Assembly: GCA_049295615.1 (NCBI GenBank)
Contig: JBAQQZ010000070.1
Location: 11,265-75,264 of the forward strand
Length of the DNA: 64,000 bases
Reading direction: 5' to 3'
Origin: Patescibacteria group bacterium
GTDB taxonomy: Bacteria; Patescibacteriota; Patescibacteriia; 2-12-FULL-60-25
This document shows positions 28,321 to 38,002 of this stretch, in pieces (within the stretch, counting starts at the first letter, position 1; every line of letters starts with the position of its first letter). Position numbers and translations under genes: made by a program. The notes beneath the pieces were generated by a model. The model made no database searches, had not been told where the DNA came from, and saw only the letters and a program-made list of their open reading frames with translations.

Positions 28321-28779
28321 TCACTCCGGCAAGAGCGGCTTGAGCTGCGCGACCAACATGTCGACGAGCGCGCGGTCGACGCGGATGCGTGACCATTGCG
28401 GCAGGTCGCCAGGCGTTTCGTCGGTCCACGGCTGGTTCCCGAAGATGCGCATCTCCCCCTTCTTGTAGCGCGGGATACCATGGAGGTGCAGCAGCGGGAG
28501 CTGGTTTCCCAACTGGAAATAGTTGAAGTGGTCGGCGCGGAACAGGTCGTGCCGGCGCAACGCGCACTCGATGTCTTCCATGACGCCGGGCAAAGAAAGC
28601 ATCTCACCCTCGTTCGTCTGCGACTGGAGCCGCACGCCTTCGCGGCGGCAAAAGATGATGTAACTCCCCAGAGTATGCTAGTTCCACGAGATTTCGAGGC
28701 ACCAATGCGGGTACACCTTGAGCACCGCGCCTTCGTACTTCTTTTCAGGATCCCAATGGCGAATGAGCGGATCGGACAT
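28321..28779 (-). pseudogene. HIT (histidine triad) family hydrolase gene interrupted by a single in-frame TAG at 28678-28680
   Basis: ATG at 28777-28779 with GGAGG 8 nt upstream. Reads MSDPLIRHWDPEKKYEGAVLKVYPHWCLEISWN-TAG-HTLGSYIIFCRREGV...LPLLHLHGIPRYKKGE (HxHxH triad), all in one frame. Confidence 0.65.
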
Positions 28780-28829
28780 GAATGGACCTCCGTGGGAGGG
28801 AGGTAACAGGAAAATATCAAAATGAGCAA

Positions 28830-29654
28830 GAAAGCACGCCTCCTGGAGTGATTAGGCCCCGGTACCGTACAAAAGCTTCTTTGAAGAAGAACAAAAAAAC
28901 GTATTTTGACGCAAATAAACCGAGGATCTAGATATTACTTTTTCCTTTGTTACAGACGGAACAAAGCGTTTGCAGATTCTCTAAAATTGTTTCACCGCCC
29001 CTCGACCATGGCTTGATGTGATCTACCTCAAGAGTCCTATTACCAATTTCTTTTGCCGGTGACCATCCGCAATGCTGACATGTGTACCTATCCCTCTGGA
29101 GCACAATATGACGAAGTCTCAGGTTGATATCGCGTCGAGTTTTATGACCCGAATTTCCTCCACTTCTATTCGTAGCTGGGATTATCGCTATACTCTCTCC
29201 CTCCTCTGCCCAATTGGCAAAAAGCTTAAGAGCATTGTTATATGTGCCAAATCTTTTTTTGTATGTGCCAGAATGAAATTGAGAAAAATGAGCATCCAAA
29301 TCACCCTGACTTGGCTGTCTCCCAAGAAGGTCCCAAACTTGGGACAAATTACTAAATAAATCTTCCTCGCCAATCGTATTATTGCCTCTTTTAACTATAC
29401 TCATTCCAGCTTTATGCAATGCTTCGTTCCAACTGCCGAACCTCCTTTTATAAACCCCTCTTTTAAAATTGCCGTTCTGTTCGTACTCATCCATCGTCAG
29501 CGATTTCTTATTTAATTTCTTGCCAACGGATATCAAGTCCTCCAGAAGTTCATCTTCTGGAATACCCGCGTTTCGTCTTAATTTTATTGTGTATTCCATG
29601 TTGCGATCACTTTTCTCAAGACTAACATAACAATATAACCCTGCGAAAGAGCCT
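28830..29654 (-). mobile_element. AT-rich cassette carrying a free-standing HNH homing-type endonuclease
   Basis: Visible drop in GC relative to both flanks. Lies between the fusA terminator and the HIT gene. No repeats or integrase seen. Confidence 0.35.
28928..29599 (-). CDS. HNH endonuclease with two N-terminal homing-endonuclease-associated repeats
   Basis: C-terminal CQHCGWSP...LEVDHIKPWSRGGETILENLQTLCSVCNKGK. Tandem repeats (YEQNGNFKRGVYKRRFGSWNEALHKAG / FHSGTYKKRFGTYNNALKLF). Confidence 0.8.
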   Translation of the reverse strand: MEYTIKLRRNAGIPEDELLEDLISVGKKLNKKSLTMDEYEQNGNFKRGVYKRRFGSWNEALHKAGMSIVKRGNNTIGEEDLFSNLSQVWDLLGRQPSQGDLDAHFSQFHSGTYKKRFGTYNNALKLFANWAEEGESIAIIPATNRSGGNSGHKTRRDINLRLRHIVLQRDRYTCQHCGWSPAKEIGNRTLEVDHIKPWSRGGETILENLQTLCSVCNKGKSNI

Positions 29655-29686
29655 CAAATCAAAAGCGAGCCTCGCGGCTCGCTTTC
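29655..29686 (-). terminator. Intrinsic terminator downstream of fusA
   Basis: Minus strand GCGAGCC-gcga-GGCTCGC followed by TTTTGATTTG. Confidence 0.65.
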
Positions 29687-29692
29687 TGATTC

Positions 29693-31774
29693 TTATTTCT
29701 TCGCCCGTCCTTCGACAATCGCCGCCTGGATGTTCTGCGGGGTCTCGGCGTAGTGGTCGAATTCCATCGAGTAGGAGGCGCGGCCTTGGGTCATGGAACG
29801 GAGCGACGTCGAGTAGCCGAACATTTCGGCGAGCGGGACGAAGGCGTTGATGACCTTGGCGCCGGAGCGGTCGGTCATCTCATTGACCTGGCCGCGCTTG
29901 GAGTTCAAGTCACCGATGACGTCACCCATGTAGAGTTCCGGGGTGACGACTTCCACCTTCATGATCGGCTCGAGGATCGCGATGCCGCCCTTAGCACAGG
30001 CGTCCTTGAAGGCCATCGAGGCAGCGACTTTAAACGCGGCTTCGGACGAGTCGACGTCGTGGTACGAACCATCGAACACCGTGGCTTGGATGTCGACCAC
30101 CGGGTAGCCGGCGATCACACCACGCGTCATGGCTTCTTGGATGCCTTTGTTGATCGGCTGGATGTACTCGCGCGGGATCACGCCACCCTTCACGTCGTCG
30201 ACGAACTCGTAACCTTTGCCGCGTTCCATCGGCGCCAGCTTGATGACGCAGTGCCCGTATTGGCCACGGCCACCGGATTGGCGGATGAACTTGCCTTCGC
30301 CTTCGGCTTCTTTCTTGAGCGATTCTTTGTAGGAGACTTGCGGCTTGCCGACGTTGGCTTCGACTTTGAATTCGCGCTTCATGCGGTCGACGATGATCTC
30401 GAGGTGGAGTTCGCCCATGCCCGCGATGAGCGTCTGGAGCGTCTCTTCGTCGGTGCGCACGCGGAACGACGGGTCTTCTTCGGCGAGCTTCTGGAGCGCG
30501 ACGCCCATCTTTTCCTGGTCTGCCTTGGTCTTCGGCTCGATGGCGATTTCGATGACCGGTTCCGGGATCGAGATCGATTCCAGTACGATCGGGTGGTTCT
30601 CGTCGCAAATCGTGTGGCCGGTGAACGTGCTCTTCAAACCCACGGCCGCGGCGATTTCGCCGGCGTACACGTGGTCCACGTCTTCGCGGTTGTTGGAGTG
30701 CATGCGCACAATGCGCCCGATGCGTTCGCGTTCGCCGTTGGTGCTGTTCAAGACGTAGGAGCCCGCGGCCAAGTTGCCGGAGTACACGCGGAAGAACACG
30801 AGCTTGCCGACGAACGGGTCGGACATGACCTTGAAGGCCAGCGCGGCAAACGGCGCGTCGTCGTCCGGTTTGCAGTCGATCATCTTTTCCTCGTCATCCA
30901 CGGCGTGGCCTTGCATCGGCGGGATGTCGAGCGGCGACGGCAGGTAATACGTGACGGCGTCGAGCAAAAATTGCACGCCCTTGTTCTTGAGCGCCGAGCC
31001 GCACAAAATCGGGAACATGTCTTGCGCGATGACGGCCTTGCGGAGCGCCGCGCGGATTTCTTCGACAGACAATTCCTCGCCCGCGAGGTGCTTGTTCATG
31101 AAAGCCTCGTCGGTTTCGGACAACGCATCGAGCAGGTTGGCGCGCGCGGCTTTGGCGGCGTCGAGCATCTCGGCCGGCACGTCGACTTCTTCGATGTCCT
31201 GGCCCATCTCGTCACGGTACATTTCCGCTTTCATGGTGATCAGGTCGATGATCCCGATGAACTTGTCTTCGGCGCCGATCGGCAATTGGATCGGGTAGGC
31301 GCGCTTGGTCAAACGGTCGTGGATCGAGGCGACGTCCTTCACGAAATCCGCGCCCATGCGGTCGAGCTTGTTCACAAAACAGATACGCGGCACGTGGTAC
31401 TTATCCGCCTGGCGCCACACGGTTTCGGATTGCGATTCCACACCAGCCACGCCGTCGAACACCGTGACGGCGCCGTCGAGAACGCGCAACGAACGCTGCA
31501 CTTCAATCGTGAAGTCGATGTGTCCCGGGGTGTCGATCAAGTTGAGGCGATGGCCTTTCCAAAAACAGGTCGTGGCGGCCGCCGTGATGGTGATGCCGCG
31601 CTCGCGCTCCTGTTCCATCCAGTCCATGGTGGCTTCACCTTCGTGTACTTCACCGATCTTGTGCTTGCGGCCGGTGTAAAACAACACGCGCTCGGAGACG
31701 GTGGTCTTTCCGGCGTCGATGTGGGCAATGATCCCGAAGTTGCGGGTATCTTTGAGAGAGTATTCGCGGGGCAT
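29693..31774 (-). CDS. fusA: Elongation factor G
   Basis: [21 protein letters not shown] motifs. ATG at MPREYSL preferred over the upstream TTG. Confidence 0.96.
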   Translation of the reverse strand: MPREYSLKDTRNFGIIAHIDAGKTTVSERVLFYTGRKHKIGEVHEGEATMDWMEQERERGITITAAATTCFWKGHRLNLIDTPGHIDFTIEVQRSLRVLDGAVTVFDGVAGVESQSETVWRQADKYHVPRICFVNKLDRMGADFVKDVASIHDRLTKRAYPIQLPIGAEDKFIGIIDLITMKAEMYRDEMGQDIEEVDVPAEMLDAAKAARANLLDALSETDEAFMNKHLAGEELSVEEIRAALRKAVIAQDMFPILCGSALKNKGVQFLLDAVTYYLPSPLDIPPMQGHAVDDEEKMIDCKPDDDAPFAALAFKVMSDPFVGKLVFFRVYSGNLAAGSYVLNSTNGERERIGRIVRMHSNNREDVDHVYAGEIAAAVGLKSTFTGHTICDENHPIVLESISIPEPVIEIAIEPKTKADQEKMGVALQKLAEEDPSFRVRTDEETLQTLIAGMGELHLEIIVDRMKREFKVEANVGKPQVSYKESLKKEAEGEGKFIRQSGGRGQYGHCVIKLAPMERGKGYEFVDDVKGGVIPREYIQPINKGIQEAMTRGVIAGYPVVDIQATVFDGSYHDVDSSEAAFKVAASMAFKDACAKGGIAILEPIMKVEVVTPELYMGDVIGDLNSKRGQVNEMTDRSGAKVINAFVPLAEMFGYSTSLRSMTQGRASYSMEFDHYAETPQNIQAAIVEGRAKK

Positions 31775-31779
31775 AGTGG

Positions 31780-32499
31780 TTATTGAGTCCAATGGCTTGA
31801 TTTCAGAGTAAGTTTTTTCGTCGTCTTGATTGCACCGAGAGTATTCGGATCGATTTCGTCGAGTTGCAGCGTGTCCGCATATGTTCCTTTTCCAGTGTCA
31901 CGAGAGGCGAGGCCATTGACGAGACCGTCCGATTGGAGCTGAAGGTCAATGATCTGTCCGTAGCCGTTCTTCCCTGGGATGCCGACAGGATCAGAGAATT
32001 CTATAAAGCTCCCTTCGTTATTGAGACCATCAGCATCATAGGCCTCTGCATATTCGCCAATAATATTCGGCTGGCCATTCTGCTTCTTATCGAGCCAAGG
32101 AATTGTGCTCGTCGCGGGGTTATACATCGCGAAAAAAAGCTGGGGTCCCGACAGTTCGTTACACGCGACAGAGAAGCGCCATCCTTCGTCCAGCTTCTTC
32201 TGAATCGCGTCATTGAAGTCGGCCGCAAATTTCACACCGGCTTGCTGTGAGAAATAGGTGTACACCTGGCTTCCCTGCCACTGTGACAAGGCCGCCATAT
32301 CGATATGGGAACTGTTCGTCAGGCAAGAGCGAATAGGCAAAACCTGTGGCGTGGACGTTGCGCTCGTGTCGCTCGAGGCAATTGCTTGAGATTGGCTAAC
32401 ATCTTGCGACAGGTTCCCCGAACATCCCGCACCCATCAAAACCAAAAGCCCGGCCGCGACGACCAAGGCTCGGACTGACGCGCGCGGGCCATCGTCCAT
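31780..32499 (-). CDS. Hypothetical lipoprotein inserted between rpsG and fusA
   Basis: Signal peptide plus lipobox ([12 protein letters not shown]). Stop lies 5 nt before the fusA ATG. GC visibly lower than the flanks. Confidence 0.55.
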   Translation of the reverse strand: MDDGPRASVRALVVAAGLLVLMGAGCSGNLSQDVSQSQAIASSDTSATSTPQVLPIRSCLTNSSHIDMAALSQWQGSQVYTYFSQQAGVKFAADFNDAIQKKLDEGWRFSVACNELSGPQLFFAMYNPATSTIPWLDKKQNGQPNIIGEYAEAYDADGLNNEGSFIEFSDPVGIPGKNGYGQIIDLQLQSDGLVNGLASRDTGKGTYADTLQLDEIDPNTLGAIKTTKKLTLKSSHWTQ

Positions 32500-32504
32500 A
32501 CGCG

Positions 32505-32972
<468 letters not shown>

Positions 32973-32974
32973 AA

Positions 32975-33400
32975 TTATTTCTTCTCTTTCGGTTTCTTAT
33001 TGCCGTAAATTGAGCGGGAGCGGCGGCGGTTCGAGACACCCTGCGTGTCGTACACGCCGCGCACGATGTGGTAGCGCACACCCGGAAGATCTTTCACACG
33101 GCCACCGCGGATCAACACGATCGAGTGCTCCTGCAAGTTGTGGCCTTCGCCCGGGATGTAGGCAGAGACTTCCATGCCGTTTGAGAGACGGACACGCGCA
33201 ATCTTCCGAAGAGCCGAGTTCGGCTTCTTGGGGGTCATGGTCGTGACCTTGGTGCACACGCCACGCATGAAAGAGGCGCCGCCACTCAAAGTGGTGCGCT
33301 TGCGGTGGAGCGAGTCGAAGCGCGATTGGAGCGCTGGGCTCTTGGACTTGGCCTTGTTGGCGTGGCGTCCTTGCTTGATGAGCTGGTTGATCGTAGGCAT
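32975..33400 (-). CDS. rpsL: 30S ribosomal protein S12
   Basis: [12 protein letters not shown]...[10 protein letters not shown]. Start trimmed. Confidence 0.95.
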   Translation of the reverse strand: MPTINQLIKQGRHANKAKSKSPALQSRFDSLHRKRTTLSGGASFMRGVCTKVTTMTPKKPNSALRKIARVRLSNGMEVSAYIPGEGHNLQEHSIVLIRGGRVKDLPGVRYHIVRGVYDTQGVSNRRRSRSIYGNKKPKEKK

Positions 33401-33461
33401 GCGATTTGTGGCCGAAATATAACAGCGAACGTGCCGAACCGTCAAGAGGCAGTGGGTTTAT

Positions 33462-34112
33462 TCAAATTGAGCAGACAAGTGGCACAATATGCCCGAAAAC
33501 TGCGGTCGCGCCGGCAAAGAGACCGGCAAACAGCCCAATACCCAAAATCGCGTCAATTAAGATCAAGCCAAAGAGGACAAGCTGTCCTTTGGTTTCGATG
33601 AACTGCCGAAATCCCGCATATTGTGGACCATCCAACACAGCCAGCAGGGCTTTTGACCCATCCAGCGGCGGCAATGGAATGAGGTTAAACACCATGAGCG
33701 CGAGGTTCAGCTCGGTCATGATCGAGAGGAAAATGATGAGCAAATTATCGCAGCCAAACTTGGGGGCAAGCAAAAACGCCAGAATTCCCGTGACCAACGC
33801 CATGAACAAGTTACTGATCGGGCCGGCTGCCGCCACGACAGTTGGTCCCCATTTGGGCCATTTGAGGTTGTAGGGGTTGTACGGCACCGGCTTCCCCCAC
33901 CCAAATCCGATCAAGAAGACAGCTAACAGGCCGATCGGGTCGATGTGGGCGACTGGATTCAAAGTCAACCGGCCCATGCGTTTGGCCGTGTTATCCCCTA
34001 ACCAGGTGGCGACCAGGGCATGCGAAAACTCGTGGAATGACAGCGCAATCAAGAAGGCCGCAGCCCAGGCGAAAAACAAGATCGGTTGTTGGAACAAGAG
34101 GGAAAGCAACAT
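33462..34112 (-). CDS. Site-2 protease family (peptidase M50) membrane metalloprotease
   Basis: HEFSHALVA (HExxH) and NLIPLPPLDGSK (LDG) motifs in TM segments. Confidence 0.8.
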   Translation of the reverse strand: MLLSLLFQQPILFFAWAAAFLIALSFHEFSHALVATWLGDNTAKRMGRLTLNPVAHIDPIGLLAVFLIGFGWGKPVPYNPYNLKWPKWGPTVVAAAGPISNLFMALVTGILAFLLAPKFGCDNLLIIFLSIMTELNLALMVFNLIPLPPLDGSKALLAVLDGPQYAGFRQFIETKGQLVLFGLILIDAILGIGLFAGLFAGATAVFGHIVPLVCSI

Positions 34113-34187
34113 AGTGGGCGTTAGCCGTGGTCAGGGCTTGCCAAGAATAGCGCATAAGGCTATGATTCGGCCAACTTCAACCGACCT

Positions 34188-34442
34188 ATGTCCCGCATCG
34201 ACCAATTGACTGGCAAGAGTGCCAACTTCGGCAACTCCCGCAGCCACTCCAACATCGCGACCAAGCATCGCCAAAACGTGAACCTCCAAAGCGTTCGCAT
34301 CGGCGGCGTGAAAGTTCGCGTGTCTGCACGCACGCTGAAGACGCTCAAAAAGATGGCCAAGACCATGAGCGGTGAACTCCCGACGCTCAAGCAGAAACGC
34401 GCTGCCCGCCGCATCGAACGCGCCAAAGCCGCAACCAAATAA
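34188..34442 (+). CDS. rpmB: 50S ribosomal protein L28 (C-terminal basic extension)
   Basis: [34 protein letters not shown]. Confidence 0.9.
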   Translation: MSRIDQLTGKSANFGNSRSHSNIATKHRQNVNLQSVRIGGVKVRVSARTLKTLKKMAKTMSGELPTLKQKRAARRIERAKAATK

Positions 34443-34584
34443 CAATCCAAATCAGACGAACAGAACCGTCCCCATTTCCGGGACGGTTTTGGTTTAGGTA
34501 TACTCCTTGACAGGAGACGTTTTTTCTGTCAGGTTGGACTGGTCCTTCACACCCCTCAAGATCCACGCAAGTCAGGAGGAAACA

Positions 34585-35037
34585 ATGCGGGCATTCAGGT
34601 TCCTGGATTCGATCACTTCACTGTGGAGCAGGCCCCCGGACATGGCGACCACGCCGGCGGCAGACGCATGCGCACCCGAAGACGAGATCGTCGGCACGTG
34701 CACCGACTGCAAGCTGCCGGTCACGGCGTATGACAACGCGCAGGACGGCGAACACATCTTCTGCATCCGTTGCCGCCGCAAGAGCTTCAACCAGGGCATC
34801 ACCCAGGCCAAGAGCCTGGAAGCCTTCAACCAGCTCCTCAAGCCCTTCGTCCTCGCCTATGGCAAGGAGATCATCCCGTCGCTTAGGACGCTGACGGCGG
34901 TCACGCTCGACCTCCCTGCAGCCCGCGCCTACCTCAACGCGCTCGAGGCCAAGCTTCGGCAAACGCCGCGCCTCAACCTCCGCTTGCGCCACGACGCGCT
35001 GACCGCCCTCCAACACGCCCGCAACCTGCTCGCGTGA
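34585..35037 (+). CDS. Hypothetical protein with CxxC...CxxC zinc-ribbon-like motif
   Basis: AGGAGG SD 7 nt upstream of the ATG at 34585. CTDCKLPV...CIRCRRK. Confidence 0.5.
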   Translation: MRAFRFLDSITSLWSRPPDMATTPAADACAPEDEIVGTCTDCKLPVTAYDNAQDGEHIFCIRCRRKSFNQGITQAKSLEAFNQLLKPFVLAYGKEIIPSLRTLTAVTLDLPAARAYLNALEAKLRQTPRLNLRLRHDALTALQHARNLLA

Positions 35038-35066
35038 CGCGACACCTCCGTGGATCAAATACAAAA

Positions 35067-35105
35067 CGCCCCGCCGGGATACACCTGGACGGGGCGCTTT
35101 TTTAT
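35067..35105. terminator. Bidirectional intrinsic terminator between convergent genes
   Basis: cgccccg...cggggcg hairpin flanked by an A-run and a T-run. Confidence 0.65.
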
Positions 35106-35112
35106 TTCAATT

Positions 35113-36108
35113 TTACGCGGCCTCGTGGAAATCCATGCCCGACATCTTCTGCAAGAACTCGACTTCGCGCGTCTTGGCTTCGAGCGCCGCGTTGAGTTCC
35201 TCGAGTTCGTTCGTCAGGTAATGGAGCTGGTCCGCATAGCCCTTGTCGCGCTTTTCGGCATGCGTCTGTTCTTCAAACTGCTTTGCCTGGCGCAAGTACT
35301 CATCACGCAAGTTGGCTTTTTCTATGTCCAACTCAAAGATGTTGGGGTAGTTGACGGGCTGCTCGAGTTTCTTGGCAGTCGCCAATGCGGCGTTCTTTTT
35401 GAATTCGCCGGTCGAAGCCGTGCCCTTCAAATGCATCATCACGACTTTCAGTTGCCCAGAAAGCTGGCTCCACTTTTTGCGCAACTCACGCAATTCCTCT
35501 TCCTTGTCTTCAGCCTTCGGCTCGGGTTCGTTGTTCGCTTCAACAAGTTCTTCGGATTGCGTATCGAAGTACGGGTTATTGACGAGGTTCTCGCTGCCTT
35601 CGATGCGAGCTTCAATGGCTTCGTCAGAAATCGTGGCCTCGTAGACTTCCTTGCTCAATTGGTCCACGCGTTTGTGTTCCATGTTGATCAAGGCCAGCTT
35701 CTCCGCAAAAATCTGCGCGACTTTTGACTTGGGCAAGCCGCTCGCAAGCATCTCATCACGTTCACCGACGAGATCATCAAATCCATTGCTAAGCTCTTCC
35801 AGCTTCGCGCTGATGTAATGGCTCGCTTCGTTCAGCGTGATGAACTGCTCATCGGGCTTGAACGGGAGGATACGGCCAGGCAAACGCTCTTTCTTGTTTG
35901 GAGTTTTTACGTTGAACTCTGGGCCGCCTAAACCCATGCTCTTCTCGAGGTCTTTGACGGTTTTCCCGCCCTTGGACTCTTTCTTCTTTGAACCGCCACC
36001 AAGGCCCAACTGTTGCTCGGCCATCTTTCCAGGCATGCCAACGCGACCAGTCGGACGCTTAGGAGGCAGATCTTGCTTTGGCATGGATTCGCTGCGGAAT
36101 CGGCGCAT
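35113..36108 (-). CDS. Hypothetical Glu/Lys-rich coiled-coil protein
   Basis: 331-aa ORF. Start uncertain (ATG at 36108 or 36084). Confidence 0.5.
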   Translation of the reverse strand: MRRFRSESMPKQDLPPKRPTGRVGMPGKMAEQQLGLGGGSKKKESKGGKTVKDLEKSMGLGGPEFNVKTPNKKERLPGRILPFKPDEQFITLNEASHYISAKLEELSNGFDDLVGERDEMLASGLPKSKVAQIFAEKLALINMEHKRVDQLSKEVYEATISDEAIEARIEGSENLVNNPYFDTQSEELVEANNEPEPKAEDKEEELRELRKKWSQLSGQLKVVMMHLKGTASTGEFKKNAALATAKKLEQPVNYPNIFELDIEKANLRDEYLRQAKQFEEQTHAEKRDKGYADQLHYLTNELEELNAALEAKTREVEFLQKMSGMDFHEAA

Positions 36109-36179
36109 AGGTTTGCGGAAAAAGAGATTTAACTGTGGTTAGGATAGCACAAAAATCGCGTTTTGTCAATCTACTTTTC

Positions 36180-36959
36180 TTAACCGTAGGGACGTTCTTT
36201 GGTCTTTTTGATGATCTTAATTGCTTCTTCGACAGAGTCGACAAGTTGGATGATGGCGACTTCTTCTTTTTCGATGTAGCGGTGTTCGCGTGAGACCGTC
36301 GCATTGACCCAATCGAGGAACGGCTGCCAAAAGGCTTTGCCAAACAGGATGATGGGGACATTGCTCGGGATCTTGCCCGTCTGCACGAGGGTCACCATCT
36401 CGCTCATCTCATCGAGCGTGCCGAAGCCGCCGGGAAAAAACACGTAGGCTTGTGACGCAGCGGACAGCATGACTTTGCGTGTGAAAAAATAGTGGAAGCC
36501 CATGCCGTGCTTGACCCATTTGTTGGTGCGCTGCTCGATCGGCAACTGGATGTTCAACCCGACAGAATCACCGCCGCCTTCAAAAGCGCCGCGGTTGCCG
36601 GCTTCCATGATGCCAGGGCCCCCGCCCGTGACGACCGTGTGCCCCATTTTTGCGAGACGGTCACCGAGTTCACGCGCCGCTTTGTAATACGGGTCGTTCG
36701 GCATGGCGCGCGCGCTGCCGAAGATCGAGACTTCGCCTTTCAATTTCGCCAGAAACTCATACCCTTCAATGAACTCCGCCATGATGCGGAAGACGCGCCA
36801 TTGCGGGCTTTCGGTAAACGCGGGTTCTTCGGTGATTGGGAGGCAGACGTTGCCGGGGGCGCACAGCCAATTCACGAGTCGTTTGGAGCCGGCCTCAGAG
36901 GTTTCTGTCGTCGTTTTCTTGCGGAGCTTCAGGGATTTGGAAGAAGATTTTTTCGGCAT
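36180..36959 (-). CDS. LOG family (TIGR00730) nucleotide 5'-monophosphate nucleosidase-like protein
   Basis: TGGGPGIMEAGNRGA and PGGFGTLDE motifs. Confidence 0.8.
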   Translation of the reverse strand: MPKKSSSKSLKLRKKTTTETSEAGSKRLVNWLCAPGNVCLPITEEPAFTESPQWRVFRIMAEFIEGYEFLAKLKGEVSIFGSARAMPNDPYYKAARELGDRLAKMGHTVVTGGGPGIMEAGNRGAFEGGGDSVGLNIQLPIEQRTNKWVKHGMGFHYFFTRKVMLSAASQAYVFFPGGFGTLDEMSEMVTLVQTGKIPSNVPIILFGKAFWQPFLDWVNATVSREHRYIEKEEVAIIQLVDSVEEAIKIIKKTKERPYG

Positions 36960-36986
36960 ACGAGCGATAGCGTAGCACACGCGCCC

Positions 36987-37505
36987 CTACCGAACCTCTT
37001 CGAGAAGATGCGGGTCACGCATGGCTTGCTCGACGGAATGCAAAAACTCCTCCAGCTTGTGGCGCTGCCAGCATGGGCCGAGCGCAACACGGTCCGGCTT
37101 TGCGCCATGGCGCCGGAATTCGAGAGACTCAATCCCCTTGTCGAGGTTAAAGCCTTGGTAAACGAGCAACATCGCATCGAGCTCGGCCAATGGGATGTGG
37201 CGCTTGCGCGAGAATGCGGCCGTGAACTCGACGGCGTGGTCAACCAGGCGCAAGCGCTCGGTGATGCTGTCAAAAAAATACAGCCACGCGAGGAACGCCA
37301 AGGCAAACATGATGTCGCGCTGGAGCGCCGTGACGGTCATGACTTGCGACGCGCCAAACGCCGCGACCGTGATCACGCAACACAACGCAAATACGATCAC
37401 ACCGCCGAGCGTCAACAGTTCGGCGCGTGCTTCACGCAGGCAGACGGTTTCCGTCTCTTCGCGTTTTGCACGGCGTGGCGCATATGCACCCATGGTTTCA
37501 GGCAT
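36987..37505 (-). CDS. Hypothetical 2-TM membrane protein
   Basis: Start trimmed to the ATG at 37503-37505 because 37529-37562 holds the hup terminator hairpin. Confidence 0.45.
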   Translation of the reverse strand: MPETMGAYAPRRAKREETETVCLREARAELLTLGGVIVFALCCVITVAAFGASQVMTVTALQRDIMFALAFLAWLYFFDSITERLRLVDHAVEFTAAFSRKRHIPLAELDAMLLVYQGFNLDKGIESLEFRRHGAKPDRVALGPCWQRHKLEEFLHSVEQAMRDPHLLEEVR

Positions 37506-37528
37506 AGAAAGATGGTATCGGACAACGC

Positions 37529-37562
37529 CAAAAAAAAGTAGGGGCACGACATGTCGTGCCCC
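37529..37562 (-). terminator. Intrinsic terminator downstream of hup
   Basis: ggggcacgac-atg-tcgtgcccc perfect hairpin followed on the minus strand by a T8 run. Confidence 0.7.
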
Positions 37563-37585
37563 TACCGATCAAACCGAACTGACAA

Positions 37586-37867
37586 TTACAGGACGGCGTC
37601 CTTGGCGGCCTTGGCCACGCGGAATTTCACGACCGTCTTGGCCGGGATCTTGATCTCGGCGCCCGTTGCCGGGTTGCGGCCCATGCGCTCCTTGCGGTGC
37701 ACCTTCACGAGCTTGCCGATGCCAGGGATCGTGAATTCACCGGCGGACTTCACCGTTTTGAGGGCCATGTCGGTCATGGCTTCCAGCATCATTTCGACAT
37801 CTTTTTTGGTGTGGCCCGTCTTCTCGGCCAGTTCACGCATGAGTTGTGCTTTCGTCATTTTGCCCAT
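37586..37867 (-). CDS. hup: DNA-binding protein HU
   Basis: MTKAQLMRELAEKTGHTKKDVEMML...GRNPATGAEIKIPA. Confidence 0.92.
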   Translation of the reverse strand: MGKMTKAQLMRELAEKTGHTKKDVEMMLEAMTDMALKTVKSAGEFTIPGIGKLVKVHRKERMGRNPATGAEIKIPAKTVVKFRVAKAAKDAVL

Positions 37868-38002
37868 AGGGATAATGAAAAGATGAATAATGTACCCACA
37901 GGGTACGCTGCTTCGGCGCAACCGACAAGCGGAATCCCTAGAAAAAGCAAGGGTTCTGTCAAGGATACGAAACAGCGGCGCCTCAAGGGAGACGCCGCAG
38001 TA

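Noticed and set aside
28678-28680. TAG reassignment (alternative genetic code) as the explanation for the in-frame amber in the HIT gene
   Set aside because: TAG terminates rpsJ (23594-96), 25270..25626 and 8285..9265 at positions consistent with full-length proteins. All three stop codons are used, so the standard code 11 fits.
28248-28829. 193-aa ORF overlapping the HIT gene in another frame
   Set aside because: Its composition is Cys/Ser/Arg-rich nonsense. The HIT frame carries the HxHxH triad, an SD and an ATG.
29753-31786. Long antisense ORFs opposite fusA. The same applies to 23456..24997 (tuf), 13054..14328 (secY), 6845..8005 (asnS) and 39713..41227 (the RSH-like gene)
   Set aside because: The opposite strand encodes unmistakable conserved proteins. 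These frames are open only because of GC-rich codon bias.
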